Assembly (NCBI GenBank): GCA_020347565.1
Contig: CP070732.1
Coordinates: forward strand, 243,582 to 307,581
Direction of reading: 5' to 3'
DNA: 64,000 nt
Origin: Methanobacteriota archaeon
GTDB lineage: Archaea > Thermoplasmatota > Thermoplasmata > UBA10834
Part shown: piece by piece, positions 1 to 9,908 of the stretch
Numbering within the stretch: position 1 is the stretch's first letter
Layout: each line of letters starts with the position of its first letter
The notes under the pieces: generated by a model
The model's input: the letters and a program-made list of their open reading frames with translations, nothing else
Told to the model about the DNA's origin: nothing
The model's database searches: none
Position numbers and translations under genes: made by a program

Positions 1-1640
1 TGTTGAACATGGCAATCATGGTCCCTCCCGTGACCATCATGACCCCGGATATGATGAACATCTCGAGGTCTCCCTGGAGCTCCCCGAACAGCATGGTCTC
101 GATGCCGATTGGATCCAGGATGTAGTATATCATCCAGAAGCCGGCGATGGTGAACGGCAGCCTCGGGTTGACGAACCTCACGGCCACCATCGCAGCGCCA
201 ATCGATATCAGGGCCATGCCGGAGGCCGTGCCGGCCGCTTGGCGCGAAGACGCTCCGCCAGCGAACACAAGCACTCCGAGCGCTAGCGCTGCGATTCCGG
301 TGAGGAAGTACTTGCTCTGTGACTTCGCGAGAACGGGTTCGGGTATGTCGCGAATCGCCATGACGATGTTCAACCTGCTAACCCGCCACGACGCCAAGGC
401 GACGGTAGCCATGGTGATCAGGAACCCCGCCGCGGCGGCCATCGCGAGGCTCCGAAGCTGGAAGTGCAGTTCGAAGGACATCTCGCCTCCGCCCATGATG
501 ACGCTGAACGCGTTGATCATCACAAACGCGATGGCCAGTCCTACCAGCGTCCCGATCAGAGAGGCAACGATGGCATAGACGACTCCTTCGAACATGAAGG
601 ACTGGGTTAGATGTCCTCTCTGCATTCCTACGGCTCTCGATATGCCCATCTCGGGCTTCCTCTCCTCCGCCAACATCACGAATATGTTTATGATCAGAGC
701 TATCCCGGCTATGATCGTGAAGGAGCTCATCAGGACGAACAACTGCATTATCATGTCCGAGACGGTCTCCGCCTCCTCTACTCCATCGCGTTTGACGTCG
801 TTGAAAGCGAAATCGGCATCTTCTTCGATGTGAGCCCTCAACTCAAGAACAGCCTCGTCCGTTACCAGATAGCCGCTCTCCATCGAGCCTTCGCACGATA
901 TGTCCACCGAGTTTATCATCGATGGAGCGGCGAAGATGTTCTCCTGTGCGTACGCAAGGTCGACGAACAAGAGGTCGGCGGACCACCAGTTAGCCATGCC
1001 CTCCTCGGCGGCTATCGCCGAGACCTCCAGCATGACCGGTGCCGCGTTCTTCGGATACAGCATGACCGTGTCTCCGGGGCCCACATCTAGCGCATCCGCG
1101 AGATCGCGGTTGACCACAGTCCTCCCGTCCGTGATCATGTCCGAGGCGATGGCTTCCCCGCCCGAGGCCGTCAGCGCGTTGACGATGCTCTCCGGATCGT
1201 ACGCGTAGATGTATGCAGCCGGAACGGACGTCTGTGGTACAGGTGCGATGACAGTGGCCACCTCGCGTATGGTCGGTGCCACGCCGTCTATGTACTCCAG
1301 ACCTCCTGTCTCAAGGGAGTCTACCAGCTCGTAGGCTATGCTCTCGTTGAAAAGCATGTACAGCCCCGCGTCGTCCTCCATGGCGACGACGATGTCCACA
1401 TGGCCGGTGTTCGTGTAGACGTCGTCCTTGATTATGTAATCCATCGTGTCGCCTACGACGAGCGCCGCCGCTATCATGGCGGTTGCTATGAGAAGCCCTA
1501 CGACCACGATTGCCGAGAACTTCTTCCTACGGACGATGTTTCTCGCCGCCATCTTGGCGAAGACGATTCTTCTGGCCGCCAGCAGACCTACTGCAAGTAG
1601 CACCATGGCGACTATCACAGCCAGCTGAAGAAGCGCGTCC
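1..1640 (-). CDS. ABC transporter permease, FtsX/MacB-like (partial; C-terminal part runs off window start)
   Basis: Minus-strand frame is open from the rc-ATG at 1638-1640 to coordinate 1. Translation gives an N-terminal TM helix (MDALLQLAVIVAMVLLAVGLL...), a large extracytoplasmic domain, then C-terminal TM helices. It starts 13 nt downstream of the ABC ATPase stop, suggesting an operon. Missing from the ORF track because no stop lies in the window. Confidence 0.55.
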
Positions 1641-1653
1641 ATCAAGTCCACCG

Positions 1654-2430
1654 TCAGAATGGGGTCGGAACGAACTCCTTCTCGATCGCCCCGTCCTTCA
1701 TTATCACGATACGGTCGGCCAACCGACCGACGTTGTAGTCGTGTGTGACGATTATGTAAGTCTGCCGGTTCTCCTTGTTCAGCCTCTTCAGGAGTTCCAT
1801 GATCTCCTTCGAGTACTCGCTGTCCAGATTGCCTGTCGGCTCATCTCCGAAAACAATCTCTGGCTTGTTGACGAGCGACCGTGCGATCGTGACCCTCTGC
1901 TGCTGCCCACCTGAGAGCTCCGCTGGCTTGTGGTCCTTCCAGTCCTCGAGTGCCACGGCCCTGAGGGACTCGACGGCCTTACCCCTGGCCTCCTTCGGCG
2001 GCGTACCGGAGAGAAGCAGCGGCAGCTCGACGTTCTCCACCGCTGTTAGGACAGGAAGGAGGTTGTACGCCTGGAATATGAATCCTATCTTCTCCGCACG
2101 GTAGCGCGTGCGCTCTCTGTCTGACATGTCCGTCAGAAGCCTACCCCTTATGCGCACCTCGCCGCCGCTCAAGTCGTCGAGGCCCGACATGCAGTTCAAC
2201 AGCGTCGTCTTGCCGCATCCCGAGGGGCCCATGACGGCGATCATCTCCCCCTCCTTGACGGCCAAGTCGATCCCTCTAAGCGCCTCGACCTTGACCTTGC
2301 CAGTGTCATAGGTTTTGGTGACTCCTTTCGCAATGACTATCGGCTTATCCTGGTCGATATCCCCGCTACTCTCGGCGGTGGCTGTCTCTTTCATGCTATG
2401 CCTCCGATTCCTTTCAGGCGATGCGCCCAT
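1654..2430 (-). CDS. ABC transporter ATP-binding protein (MacB/LolD-like)
   Basis: Walker [13 protein letters not shown] signature [15 protein letters not shown], Walker [13 protein letters not shown] and H-loop are present. True start may be the internal Met ([10 protein letters not shown]...). Confidence 0.85.
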   Translation of the reverse strand: MGASPERNRRHSMKETATAESSGDIDQDKPIVIAKGVTKTYDTGKVKVEALRGIDLAVKEGEMIAVMGPSGCGKTTLLNCMSGLDDLSGGEVRIRGRLLTDMSDRERTRYRAEKIGFIFQAYNLLPVLTAVENVELPLLLSGTPPKEARGKAVESLRAVALEDWKDHKPAELSGGQQQRVTIARSLVNKPEIVFGDEPTGNLDSEYSKEIMELLKRLNKENRQTYIIVTHDYNVGRLADRIVIMKDGAIEKEFVPTPF

Positions 2431-2607
2431 CCCACAGCCCCCAGTGTACGGACGCGTGCTTCTTCATGTTCGCGCCTGAGAGGTGTAGTCACAGGCGTGC
2501 TACTATAAGTAATTCCTTCGTTCTTCGCGCGGAACACGTCGACCAGGGCGCCGAGACATCCGCCTTCGTCCGCTTCGATGCGCATCTCCAGCTGTGGCCG
2601 AGGTCAG

Positions 2608-2617
2608 ATTATATATC
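2608..2617 (+). promoter_or_regulatory. TATA box for the PGI/PMI gene (leaderless)
   Basis: gattatatat, ~27 nt upstream of ATG 2641. Confidence 0.45.
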
Positions 2618-2640
2618 CCATCCGTTCCTTTCTTGAGCCG

Positions 2641-3693
2641 ATGTTGGACTCGCTGGACACGATGAGGCGGCTCGACACTCGCGATGTGCTTGGAATGGTC
2701 TCCGGGATGCCCGATCACCTTGCAGAGGGACTGCGTCTGGGCAGGTCCAGGGAGGCGGTAGGCGAACGACCGGACAACGTGGTGATATGCGCCTTGGGTG
2801 GATCAGCGATAGGGGGAGACCTCGTCTCGCAGTGGCTCTCGGACAGGAGCGACATCCCCTGCCATGTCTCGCGAGGATATCACCTTCCAGCATACGTCGG
2901 AGAGAGGTCTCTCGTCGTCGCTGCGAGCTACTCTGGCAACACCGAGGAGACCCTCAGCATGACTCAAGAGGCGGTCTCGAGAAAGGCCAGAGCAATCGTG
3001 ATCTCGTCCGGCGGCAAGCTGGAAGAACTCGCGGAAGCGGAAGGCCTGGCTCATTGCCTCGTGCCGCAGGGCATGCTGCCGAGGGCAACTATCGGATACC
3101 TCTTCGGTGCGATCGCAGGCATACTGGATGGCAACGGTGTGGTCGGGGGCGAGGGGGACATAGCGAGTTCCATCGAGGTCCTTCGAAGGGTGATAGCCGA
3201 TTGCGCCCCTGAGGTCGATACGGCGGGCAACCCGGCCAAGAAGCTGGCACATCACATCCACGGGACCATCCCGGTGATTGTTGGCTATGGCCTATCCTCG
3301 CCCGTAGCCAGGCGGTGGGCGCACCAGCTCAATGAGAACTCCAAGATGCTGGCATTCGACTGCGAAGTCCCCGAGATGAACCACAACAGCATAGTCGGGT
3401 GGATGGGAGACGGCCGTGGAGGAGGGTTCTCGATGACATTTCTCGACCACGACGTCGACGACGAGAGGATGCGGCGGCGCTTGGAGGCCACGAAGGCGAT
3501 GGTCGCGGACCAAGTGCGCGTGTTCTCATCTCATGCGGTGGGAGATGGGACGCTCGAGAGGATGTTCTCCCTCGTCGCCATGGGCGATTACGTGAGCGTG
3601 TACAGCGCTTTCCTGCGGAAAGAGGACCCATCGACAACGGGCCCGATCGATGAGCTGAAGAGGATACTGGCGAAAAAGGGCGGCGGCGGCTGA
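2641..3693 (+). CDS. bifunctional phosphoglucose/phosphomannose isomerase family protein (SIS domains)
   Basis: Two SIS-like halves (GGSAIGGDLVS..., VIVGYGLSSPVARRW...). Start moved to Met22 (ATG 2641) because a TATA box (gattatatat, 2608-2617) lies ~27 nt upstream. Confidence 0.55.
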   Translation: MLDSLDTMRRLDTRDVLGMVSGMPDHLAEGLRLGRSREAVGERPDNVVICALGGSAIGGDLVSQWLSDRSDIPCHVSRGYHLPAYVGERSLVVAASYSGNTEETLSMTQEAVSRKARAIVISSGGKLEELAEAEGLAHCLVPQGMLPRATIGYLFGAIAGILDGNGVVGGEGDIASSIEVLRRVIADCAPEVDTAGNPAKKLAHHIHGTIPVIVGYGLSSPVARRWAHQLNENSKMLAFDCEVPEMNHNSIVGWMGDGRGGGFSMTFLDHDVDDERMRRRLEATKAMVADQVRVFSSHAVGDGTLERMFSLVAMGDYVSVYSAFLRKEDPSTTGPIDELKRILAKKGGGG

Positions 3694-3893
3694 CGGTCAC
3701 GAATGCGAGTCAAGTTCGCGTTGGTGAAAAAAAGTGATTTGAGAGGGCTGAGCCCTCCCGTCCTTGCATCCCATCCTCTGCCTGCGGAAGCAGGCCCTTC
3801 CTTTCCCTTCTGTCGTCAGGTCAGCGGGCGACGAATGTCCCCCGACTCTCGCTTGAAAGGCCTCGAGATCCTCTGGCGGTCGATTGCCCTCGA

Positions 3894-4295
3894 TCACTGA
3901 ATCTTCATTCGCGATGCGACACGAGCCATCCCTCTCCTCGTGTCGCGGTCCTCGGCTGCGTCTGCGACCTTCCTGCGTATGGCTTCCTTCCCTTCCAGGT
4001 AGTAGCGCTTCTTCTCGTCCGTCCAGGCAGTCAGGGCTAGGGTGACGGCCTCAGAGACGTCTGTCGCGTCGCCGCTCGCAATGAACATCTCCAGGTCTTC
4101 AGCCAGTGCGGCTGGTATGGTGGCCTTGACCGTCTCTGAATTCCACGAGGTGGCTTCCTCTTCAAGATAGCATACGATGGCATCCCTCACCACATCCGAA
4201 ACAGAACCCTGGCCATTCCTCTCGCGGACGGCCTCGAGTTCAAGGAGGTCCTCCTGGGGAATCCGTACGTTCAGACGTGCAGACCTGGCAGACAT
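3894..4295 (-). CDS. hypothetical protein, possible ribbon-helix-helix (CopG-like) DNA-binding protein
   Basis: N-terminal RLNVRIPQEDLLELEAVRERNGQGSVSDVVRDAI resembles an RHH fold; acidic C-terminus. Weak. Confidence 0.3.
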   Translation of the reverse strand: MSARSARLNVRIPQEDLLELEAVRERNGQGSVSDVVRDAIVCYLEEEATSWNSETVKATIPAALAEDLEMFIASGDATDVSEAVTLALTAWTDEKKRYYLEGKEAIRRKVADAAEDRDTRRGMARVASRMKIQ

Positions 4296-4332
4296 GTGAT
4301 CTCGAGCCTTGTATGACGAATTGTCGCACAGC

Positions 4333-4347
4333 GTATAAATAAATATC
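4333..4347. promoter_or_regulatory. AT-rich bidirectional promoter element between the divergent RHH gene and glyA
   Basis: gtataaataaatatc in the 170-nt divergent intergenic region. Confidence 0.4.
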
Positions 4348-4467
4348 TAGAATTCACGCGACCGGGACTTCCAGTGGAACGGCGGACCGGGAAGGCCGAC
4401 ATGCGGCCCCCTCGTCGCGCTCCCCCTGCAGCCGCCGGAAGAGGTGCACAGCTGATGCCCCATTCGG

Positions 4468-5817
4468 ATGGCCGAGCCGTCGCGGGATACGTTTTTAATC
4501 TCCAACGGAATCCCCGAGACCGTGAAGACGTCGAGGGAGATCGTCCAATCGGTGCGCGAAACGACGAGACGGCACAACAACTGGTTCAAGGAGTCAATCC
4601 CACTCATAGCATCTGAGAATTTCACCAGCCCAGCAGTGCGCGAGGTGATGAACTCGGACCTGCACAACCGCTATGCCGAGGGGTTGCCTGGCAAGCGATA
4701 CTACCAGGGGAACATCTATATCGACGAGATCGAGACGTTGTGCGAAGAGGTCGCCCGCGAGGTCTTCAGGTGCAGGTTCGCCGATGTACGGCCCGTATCT
4801 GGAACAGTCGCGAACCTCGCGGTGCTGATGGCGTTCGCGAAGCCGGGGGACAAGATGACGGCTGTCGGCCTCTCAGATGGCGGCCACCTGTCGCACGCGA
4901 AGATAGGCGCTGCGGGCCTGAGGGGCGTCCGGACCCATCACTATCCGTTCGACAAGAAGACGATGAACATAGACCCTGATGGAGCGAGGCGCCTTATAAG
5001 AGAGGTTAAGCCCAAGATCGCTCTGTTCGGCCAATCGGTCTACCTCTTCCCCACGCCGCTGGAGGAGCTGAGGGACGCCTTCGAGGAGGTGGGCTGCGTC
5101 GTGTGGTACGACGCCGCGCACGTGCTCGGCCTCATCGCGGGGAAGAGGTTCCAGGACCCTCTCCGCGAGGGCGCGGACGTCGTCTCGGGCAGCACGCACA
5201 AGACTCTCCCGGGACCGCAGCATGGAATGATGATCTCAGACCTGAGGAGGGAGAGCTTCGAGACGTCTCTGAGGCGTGGCGTGTTCCCAGGCGTCACCAG
5301 CAACCATCACCTTCACTCCGTGGCGGCGCTTGCCATCACGCTCGCGGAGACGATGGAGTTCGGAGAGGCGTACGCAGACCAGACCATCAGGAACGCCAGC
5401 GCGCTCGCACAGGCCCTACACGAGCGTGGCCTCGACGTCCTCTGCGAGGCGCTCGGTTTCACCGAGTCCCACACCCTCGTTATCGACGTCGAGGAACATC
5501 ACGGGGGCGCGAAGGTGGCGAAGGCCCTCGAGGACGCGAACATCATCGTCAACAAGAACCTCCTTCCCTGGGACAGCGATCCGGTGAGGCCGAGCGGCAT
5601 ACGCGTCGGCGCACAGGAGATAACGAGGCTGGGCATGAAGGAGAAGGACATGACCGATGTCGCAGAGTTCATGGCGCGCGTGGTCGTCAAGGGTGAGGCA
5701 CCTTCGTCGGTCATCGAGGACGTCAAGACGTTCAAGCGCGACTTCACGAAGGCGCACTACTGCTTCTTCGAGGGACAGGAGGCATACGATTACCCCTCGT
5801 TCGTCGACGATATGTGA
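4468..5817 (+). CDS. glyA: serine hydroxymethyltransferase
   Basis: PLP/THF SHMT motifs: SIPLIASENFTSPAVREVMNS, YAEGLPGKRYYQG, GSTHKTLPGPQHGMI. Length 449 aa. Confidence 0.9.
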   Translation: MAEPSRDTFLISNGIPETVKTSREIVQSVRETTRRHNNWFKESIPLIASENFTSPAVREVMNSDLHNRYAEGLPGKRYYQGNIYIDEIETLCEEVAREVFRCRFADVRPVSGTVANLAVLMAFAKPGDKMTAVGLSDGGHLSHAKIGAAGLRGVRTHHYPFDKKTMNIDPDGARRLIREVKPKIALFGQSVYLFPTPLEELRDAFEEVGCVVWYDAAHVLGLIAGKRFQDPLREGADVVSGSTHKTLPGPQHGMMISDLRRESFETSLRRGVFPGVTSNHHLHSVAALAITLAETMEFGEAYADQTIRNASALAQALHERGLDVLCEALGFTESHTLVIDVEEHHGGAKVAKALEDANIIVNKNLLPWDSDPVRPSGIRVGAQEITRLGMKEKDMTDVAEFMARVVVKGEAPSSVIEDVKTFKRDFTKAHYCFFEGQEAYDYPSFVDDM

Positions 5818-5871
5818 CGACGTGCGCTCCAAATTTCTTATATGACCGTGAGGACTATCCAGTTACGTTGA

Positions 5872-6663
5872 TTGCTGATGGCTGGCAGGACGAGTGCTCT
5901 GCAAGTGGGCGTCGCGGCGGTGAACGTCGTGATATTCATACTCGCCTTCACGAGCATCTATCCGTTCCCAGCCGGGGACTTCAACATCGACCTCCCCTCG
6001 CCGAACGAGGTTCTATGGGACTACCAGGACGGGCTCGTGACCGTCACGGCGCCGTTCTCCATCGACAACGGCGGCTTCTACGACGTGCAGGACTTGACGC
6101 TCGATTACAGCGTGGTCAACTACTCCGACCAGATGATCGCCGAGGACACCATCGTCGTCGGGACGATGAAGGCGGGCACTGTCACTGCGAGCGAGATAGT
6201 CTTCGAGTTCGACCTGGTCTCTATGTACGAGCGCGGGATCACATGGATGGTATTCAACGACGACCTCCTCGACTTCACAGTGGAAGTGTCGTGCTCCTAC
6301 ACGATGAGGCTGGTGAAGTTCGAGGCCATCTATTCGGTCAGCATACCGTGGGACGCGCTGATACAGGATGTGAGTGTAACGGACGTGCGGCTCGACCCGC
6401 TGGCATCCGAACTGTTGGTTGACTACAGAGTGACCACGTCCGACCTGCTGTCCGGGAGCACGATGGTCATAGTGACGCTCTACGAAAACGGGACCGCCCT
6501 GTCCCAGACCACCCAGACGGTCGCATTGGGAACGGACCATGCGGGCACCTTGTCTCTCGACATCCCCCTCGGGTCCGTGCCGGACACGGCGGTCCTAGAG
6601 GTGACCGTGGCGGACTTCTATGTCGAGCAGTCGTTCTCGATACCGTCGGAGGCATTCCATTGA
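5872..6663 (+). CDS. hypothetical membrane-anchored extracytoplasmic beta-rich protein
   Basis: N-terminal TM/signal anchor (VGVAAVNVVIFILAFTSIY), then a Thr/Val/Asp-rich domain. TTG start at 5872 (first ATG 5878). TATA-like tttcttatatga ~30 nt upstream. Confidence 0.4.
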   Translation: MLMAGRTSALQVGVAAVNVVIFILAFTSIYPFPAGDFNIDLPSPNEVLWDYQDGLVTVTAPFSIDNGGFYDVQDLTLDYSVVNYSDQMIAEDTIVVGTMKAGTVTASEIVFEFDLVSMYERGITWMVFNDDLLDFTVEVSCSYTMRLVKFEAIYSVSIPWDALIQDVSVTDVRLDPLASELLVDYRVTTSDLLSGSTMVIVTLYENGTALSQTTQTVALGTDHAGTLSLDIPLGSVPDTAVLEVTVADFYVEQSFSIPSEAFH

Positions 6664-7364
6664 AGCGCAAGGGCAGGGTCCCCGACACCGTGTGGACAGC
6701 CTTCATGGAGACCATACGGTTCATAATCGTCCCGCTCGTGCTCATCGACCTGATAACGGAGAACTACCCGCAGCTCGCCACTGCGTTCATGTCGGACATC
6801 AGGATGTACATAGTGTTCTTCGGGGGCATGATCGTGACATCCAGCACTCTCGAGGCGGCGAACCGTCCGGGCACCTACAAGCGGATGCTCTTCGGGCTGT
6901 CGGCGATATCTTTCGTCTGCCTCTGGTTCTTCGTGGTGTTCGGAGGAGGCATTGCGGAGTTCTCCTATGGGCCGTACTTCGTGAGGTTCGACCTGAGCAT
7001 GATAGTCTACCTCGTCATCTTCGGCCTGTCGCTGAAGGGGCTGCTGGTCATATCGACCTTCAAGGATTACCGCGAGGGGGAGCTTGAGAGGGCTCGGGAG
7101 AGGAGGGCCGAGTTCGCGAGGAAGATGGTCGCCGCCACTAGGCTCCCCGCGCCGCCCAGGCGGAGGGCCCCAGCGTTCTCTACCATGGTCTCTACAGCAT
7201 TCGAGGTGTCCGTCGACGACATGATAGGACACGAGCCTGAGATGCCTCCCAGGCCTGTGGCGAAGGGCAGAAAGGTGTGCGAGATATGCGGGGCGGAGGC
7301 GGCAATCAAGGACTACGTCTGCAGGAACTGCGGCGAGTGGTTTCCGTCCGATTCTGCGGACTGA
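6660..7364 (+). CDS. hypothetical polytopic membrane protein with C-terminal zinc ribbon
   Basis: About 4 predicted TM helices, then a basic/Pro-rich tail ending CEICGAEAAIKDYVCRNCGEWF (CxxC...CxxC). Overlaps the upstream ORF stop (TTG 6660 / TGA 6661-63); alternative ATG at 6705. Confidence 0.4.
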   Translation: MKRKGRVPDTVWTAFMETIRFIIVPLVLIDLITENYPQLATAFMSDIRMYIVFFGGMIVTSSTLEAANRPGTYKRMLFGLSAISFVCLWFFVVFGGGIAEFSYGPYFVRFDLSMIVYLVIFGLSLKGLLVISTFKDYREGELERARERRAEFARKMVAATRLPAPPRRRAPAFSTMVSTAFEVSVDDMIGHEPEMPPRPVAKGRKVCEICGAEAAIKDYVCRNCGEWFPSDSAD

Positions 7365-8280
7365 CCCGCTGCCGTCTCAGCGCGTCGACGAGCTCGCACA
7401 CCTTGCATCTGTCGGATACCGTCGGAGCCCCACACTCGCATTGCCGCAGCGTGGCGGCGGGATAGGTCTGCTCCAGCGCCTTCAACACTTCATCGTGGCT
7501 CTTGAGGATCGAGTGCCTCGTCCCCGGATACCTGTCCTCCAGCTGAGCGACGATCCGCCTGTAGTCGTTTCTGAGCGCTTCGGAGGCGTAGGGGCACTCG
7601 AGGTCGTGATGACGCATCCCGCGGACCATGGCGTACAGCGCGACTTCGTTCTCCGGTATCGTGCGCAACGGCTGTATCCTGGGCACCAGCCCCTCCTGAG
7701 CCCTCCTGTGTGGTCCCAGCCTGGCCAGCCGCTCGACGTCCCCTCTCGAGAAGTTCATCAGGATCGACTGTGCGGTGTCGTCGAGGTTCAGGCCAGTCGC
7801 GAGCCTGGTCGCCTCCCAGCCCTTCGCCGCGCGGTTCAGGGCCGTCCTTCGCATGACACCGCAATACGTGCAAGTCGACAGGTTCCTCTCGGCCTCAGCG
7901 ATCTCGTCCATCGTGAAGCCGTACGCCTCCTTGAAGGAAACGATGATGTGCTCCATGTCGAGTGCCCTGCAGTTCTCCGCTACGATCGCTATGGCACTCC
8001 CCCTATAGCCCTCGATTCCCTCGTCGACCGTGACCGCTGCGAACTCGACATCCCTGCGGTCGCTGAGTATCCGTTTGAGGAGGTGTGCCGTCACGATACT
8101 GTCCTTGCCGCCGGAGACGGCGACGGCCAGCCTCTCCTCCCCATCGAGAGTCATCTGTCTCCTGAGCTCGTGGCGCACGCGTCTCTCAACCAGCTCGCAG
8201 AAGTGCCTCCGGCAGAGGTGTGCGCCGCTGTAACGGACGACGATGACGGACGGCTTCGAACACTTGTCGCAGGAGGTCAT
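7306..8280 (-). CDS. tRNA 2-thiolation PP-loop ATPase (TtuA/NcsA/Ncs6-Ctu1 family)
   Basis: N-terminal Zn finger CDKCSKP...HLCRRHFCE, PP-loop SGGKDS, C-terminal CECGAP...CKVCE. Start set at ATG 8280 (MTSCDKC). The 494-aa track ORF carries an unlikely N-terminal extension that overlaps the rfcS promoter and start. Confidence 0.8.
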   Translation of the reverse strand: MTSCDKCSKPSVIVVRYSGAHLCRRHFCELVERRVRHELRRQMTLDGEERLAVAVSGGKDSIVTAHLLKRILSDRRDVEFAAVTVDEGIEGYRGSAIAIVAENCRALDMEHIIVSFKEAYGFTMDEIAEAERNLSTCTYCGVMRRTALNRAAKGWEATRLATGLNLDDTAQSILMNFSRGDVERLARLGPHRRAQEGLVPRIQPLRTIPENEVALYAMVRGMRHHDLECPYASEALRNDYRRIVAQLEDRYPGTRHSILKSHDEVLKALEQTYPAATLRQCECGAPTVSDRCKVCELVDALRRQRVSPQNRTETTRRSSCRRSP

Positions 8281-8300
8281 CCTGGCCTGATTTGAGGTGT

Positions 8301-8347
8301 GCGTATTTAACTCCTCTTTCGCGCATCTCCCGGAATAGTTATTTGTA
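8301..8347. promoter_or_regulatory. divergent promoters: tatttaa (for the tRNA-thiolase gene, minus) and ttatttgtaa (for rfcS, plus)
   Basis: Each TATA-like element is ~25-35 nt from the respective start. Confidence 0.4.
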
Positions 8348-8377
8348 AGCCAATCGCATTCGAGTCGGCGATAGTGG

Positions 8378-9343
8378 ATGCAAACCGTCTGGGTCGAGAA
8401 GTACCGGCCGCGCGAGCTGTCCAAGGTCGTAGGGCAGAGGGCGATCGTGGAGCGGCTGAAGTCATATGTGGATACTCGGAGCATGCCCCATATGCTCTTC
8501 GCAGGACCAGCTGGTTCCGGCAAGACCACGTGCGCCATAGCCTTGGCGCGCGATATGTACGGCGAGGGCTGGCGAGACAGCCTCATCGAGCTGAACGCCT
8601 CCGACGAGCGCGGGATAGACGTTGTTCGGGGGAAGATCAAGGACTTCGCCAGGGCAGCCACGATCGGCGTGGGAGATTTCAAGATCATATTCCTCGACGA
8701 GGCGGACTCGCTCACGAACGACGCCCAGGCGGCGCTCAGGAGAACCATGGAGCGGTACACGGCCACGTGCCGGTTCATACTTTCGTGCAACTACTCCTCG
8801 AAGATAATAGAGCCCATCCAGTCGCGATGCGCTGTGTTCAGGTTCAGGCCGCTCGCAGAGGCGGATGTGAAGCAGTATCTATCGCACGTGGCCTCCCTCG
8901 AGGGCTTGGAACTCAAGCCGGACGGCCTTGACGCGATATGCTCCATCGCCGCCGGGGACCTCAGGAAGGCGACGAACGTGCTGCAGGTTGCGGCGTCGGC
9001 GTCGAAGGCAGTGGACCAAGACTCGGTCTACGAGTCCACCGAGAGCGTGCGTCCGTCCGAGGTCGACGAGCTGCTCAGGACCGCCCTAAAGGGCAACTTC
9101 AGCGGCGCTCGGTCCAAGCTGGACGAACTGATAGTGCGTCATGGACTGTCGGGGGAGGACATCGTGCGGGCGATACACCGGGCCGTCTTCGACCTGCCTG
9201 TAGACGAGGTCGCCAAGATACGCCTCGTCGACAGGATCGGTGAGGCGGAGTTCAGGATCGTGTCCGGCTCCAACGACCGCATACAGCTTGAGGCGCTGCT
9301 TGCCCACTTCGCCAACGAGGGAGCGCCCTCCGGCCGTGGCTGA
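8378..9343 (+). CDS. rfcS: replication factor C small subunit
   Basis: MQTVWVEKYRP..., Walker A GPAGSGKTT, IIFLDEADSLT, SRC motif (SRCAVFRFRPL). Confidence 0.9.
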   Translation: MQTVWVEKYRPRELSKVVGQRAIVERLKSYVDTRSMPHMLFAGPAGSGKTTCAIALARDMYGEGWRDSLIELNASDERGIDVVRGKIKDFARAATIGVGDFKIIFLDEADSLTNDAQAALRRTMERYTATCRFILSCNYSSKIIEPIQSRCAVFRFRPLAEADVKQYLSHVASLEGLELKPDGLDAICSIAAGDLRKATNVLQVAASASKAVDQDSVYESTESVRPSEVDELLRTALKGNFSGARSKLDELIVRHGLSGEDIVRAIHRAVFDLPVDEVAKIRLVDRIGEAEFRIVSGSNDRIQLEALLAHFANEGAPSGRG

Positions 9344-9374
9344 GCGTCGCCCTGTACTCCGCGGACCCACAAGA

Positions 9375-9382
9375 TTAATATA
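9375..9382 (+). promoter_or_regulatory. TATA box for rpl40e
   Basis: ttaatata, ~35 nt upstream of ATG 9416. Confidence 0.45.
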
Positions 9383-9415
9383 TCGTCGCCATCTTAGTGG
9401 CGCCCGAGGTCCAGC

Positions 9416-9565
9416 ATGGCTAGATTCCCGGAGGCTGAGGCGAGGAACCTCGCCAAGAAGATATGCATGAGCTGCTACGCTCGCAACGCCATCAGGGCAA
9501 CAAGATGCCGTAAGTGCGGCTACAAGGGACTTCGCCTCAAGACAAGAGAGGCCAAGAAAGCCTGA
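9416..9565 (+). CDS. rpl40e: 50S ribosomal protein L40e
   Basis: Not in the ORF track (49 aa). [49 protein letters not shown] matches the archaeal L40e zinc ribbon. TATA ttaatata lies ~35 nt upstream. Confidence 0.85.
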   Translation: MARFPEAEARNLAKKICMSCYARNAIRATRCRKCGYKGLRLKTREAKKA

Positions 9566-9908
9566 GCCAGCCCCGTCCTGCAGCGATGCCGGCGGCTCTG
9601 ATCTTCTCGCCCATCGTTCTCGAGTTCCGGACACGATGCAGTGCCCGTCCAGACGTGCTAGGTCACGTGAGGGAAAAAAGAATGGGTGGAGGGGACTCCA
9701 CCGCAGTTGGGCATCACCCCTTGGTTACACATCTCCTCCTTTCGACAAAAGAGTGTGTGCCAAATCGGCGAAGGATGATTCGGGGCATCTGACTTAACAC
9801 TTGTGGATTTGCGGTTTGGCACTCTACAATTCGGCCCGATTCTGGGAAGTGAACGTGGCATTACTGCAACTGCAATGTTTTTATTGTGATTTTGCTTATA
9901 CCCCGACG

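Noticed and set aside
5103-5696. 197-aa Arg-rich ORF on the plus strand overlapping glyA in another frame, and many similar long antisense or alternate-frame ORFs (e.g. 11657-13099, 37257-38303, 46605-48146, 62899-63915).
   Set aside because: These are typical spurious open frames in ~60% GC DNA. They have low-complexity Arg/Pro/Gly-rich translations and are fully contained within well-supported conserved genes.
7306-8790. 494-aa ORF call for the tRNA thiolase.
   Set aside because: The N-terminal 170 aa are low-complexity and overlap the rfcS promoter and start. The conserved Zn-finger N-terminus begins at ATG 8280, which has its own TATA-like element 25 nt upstream.
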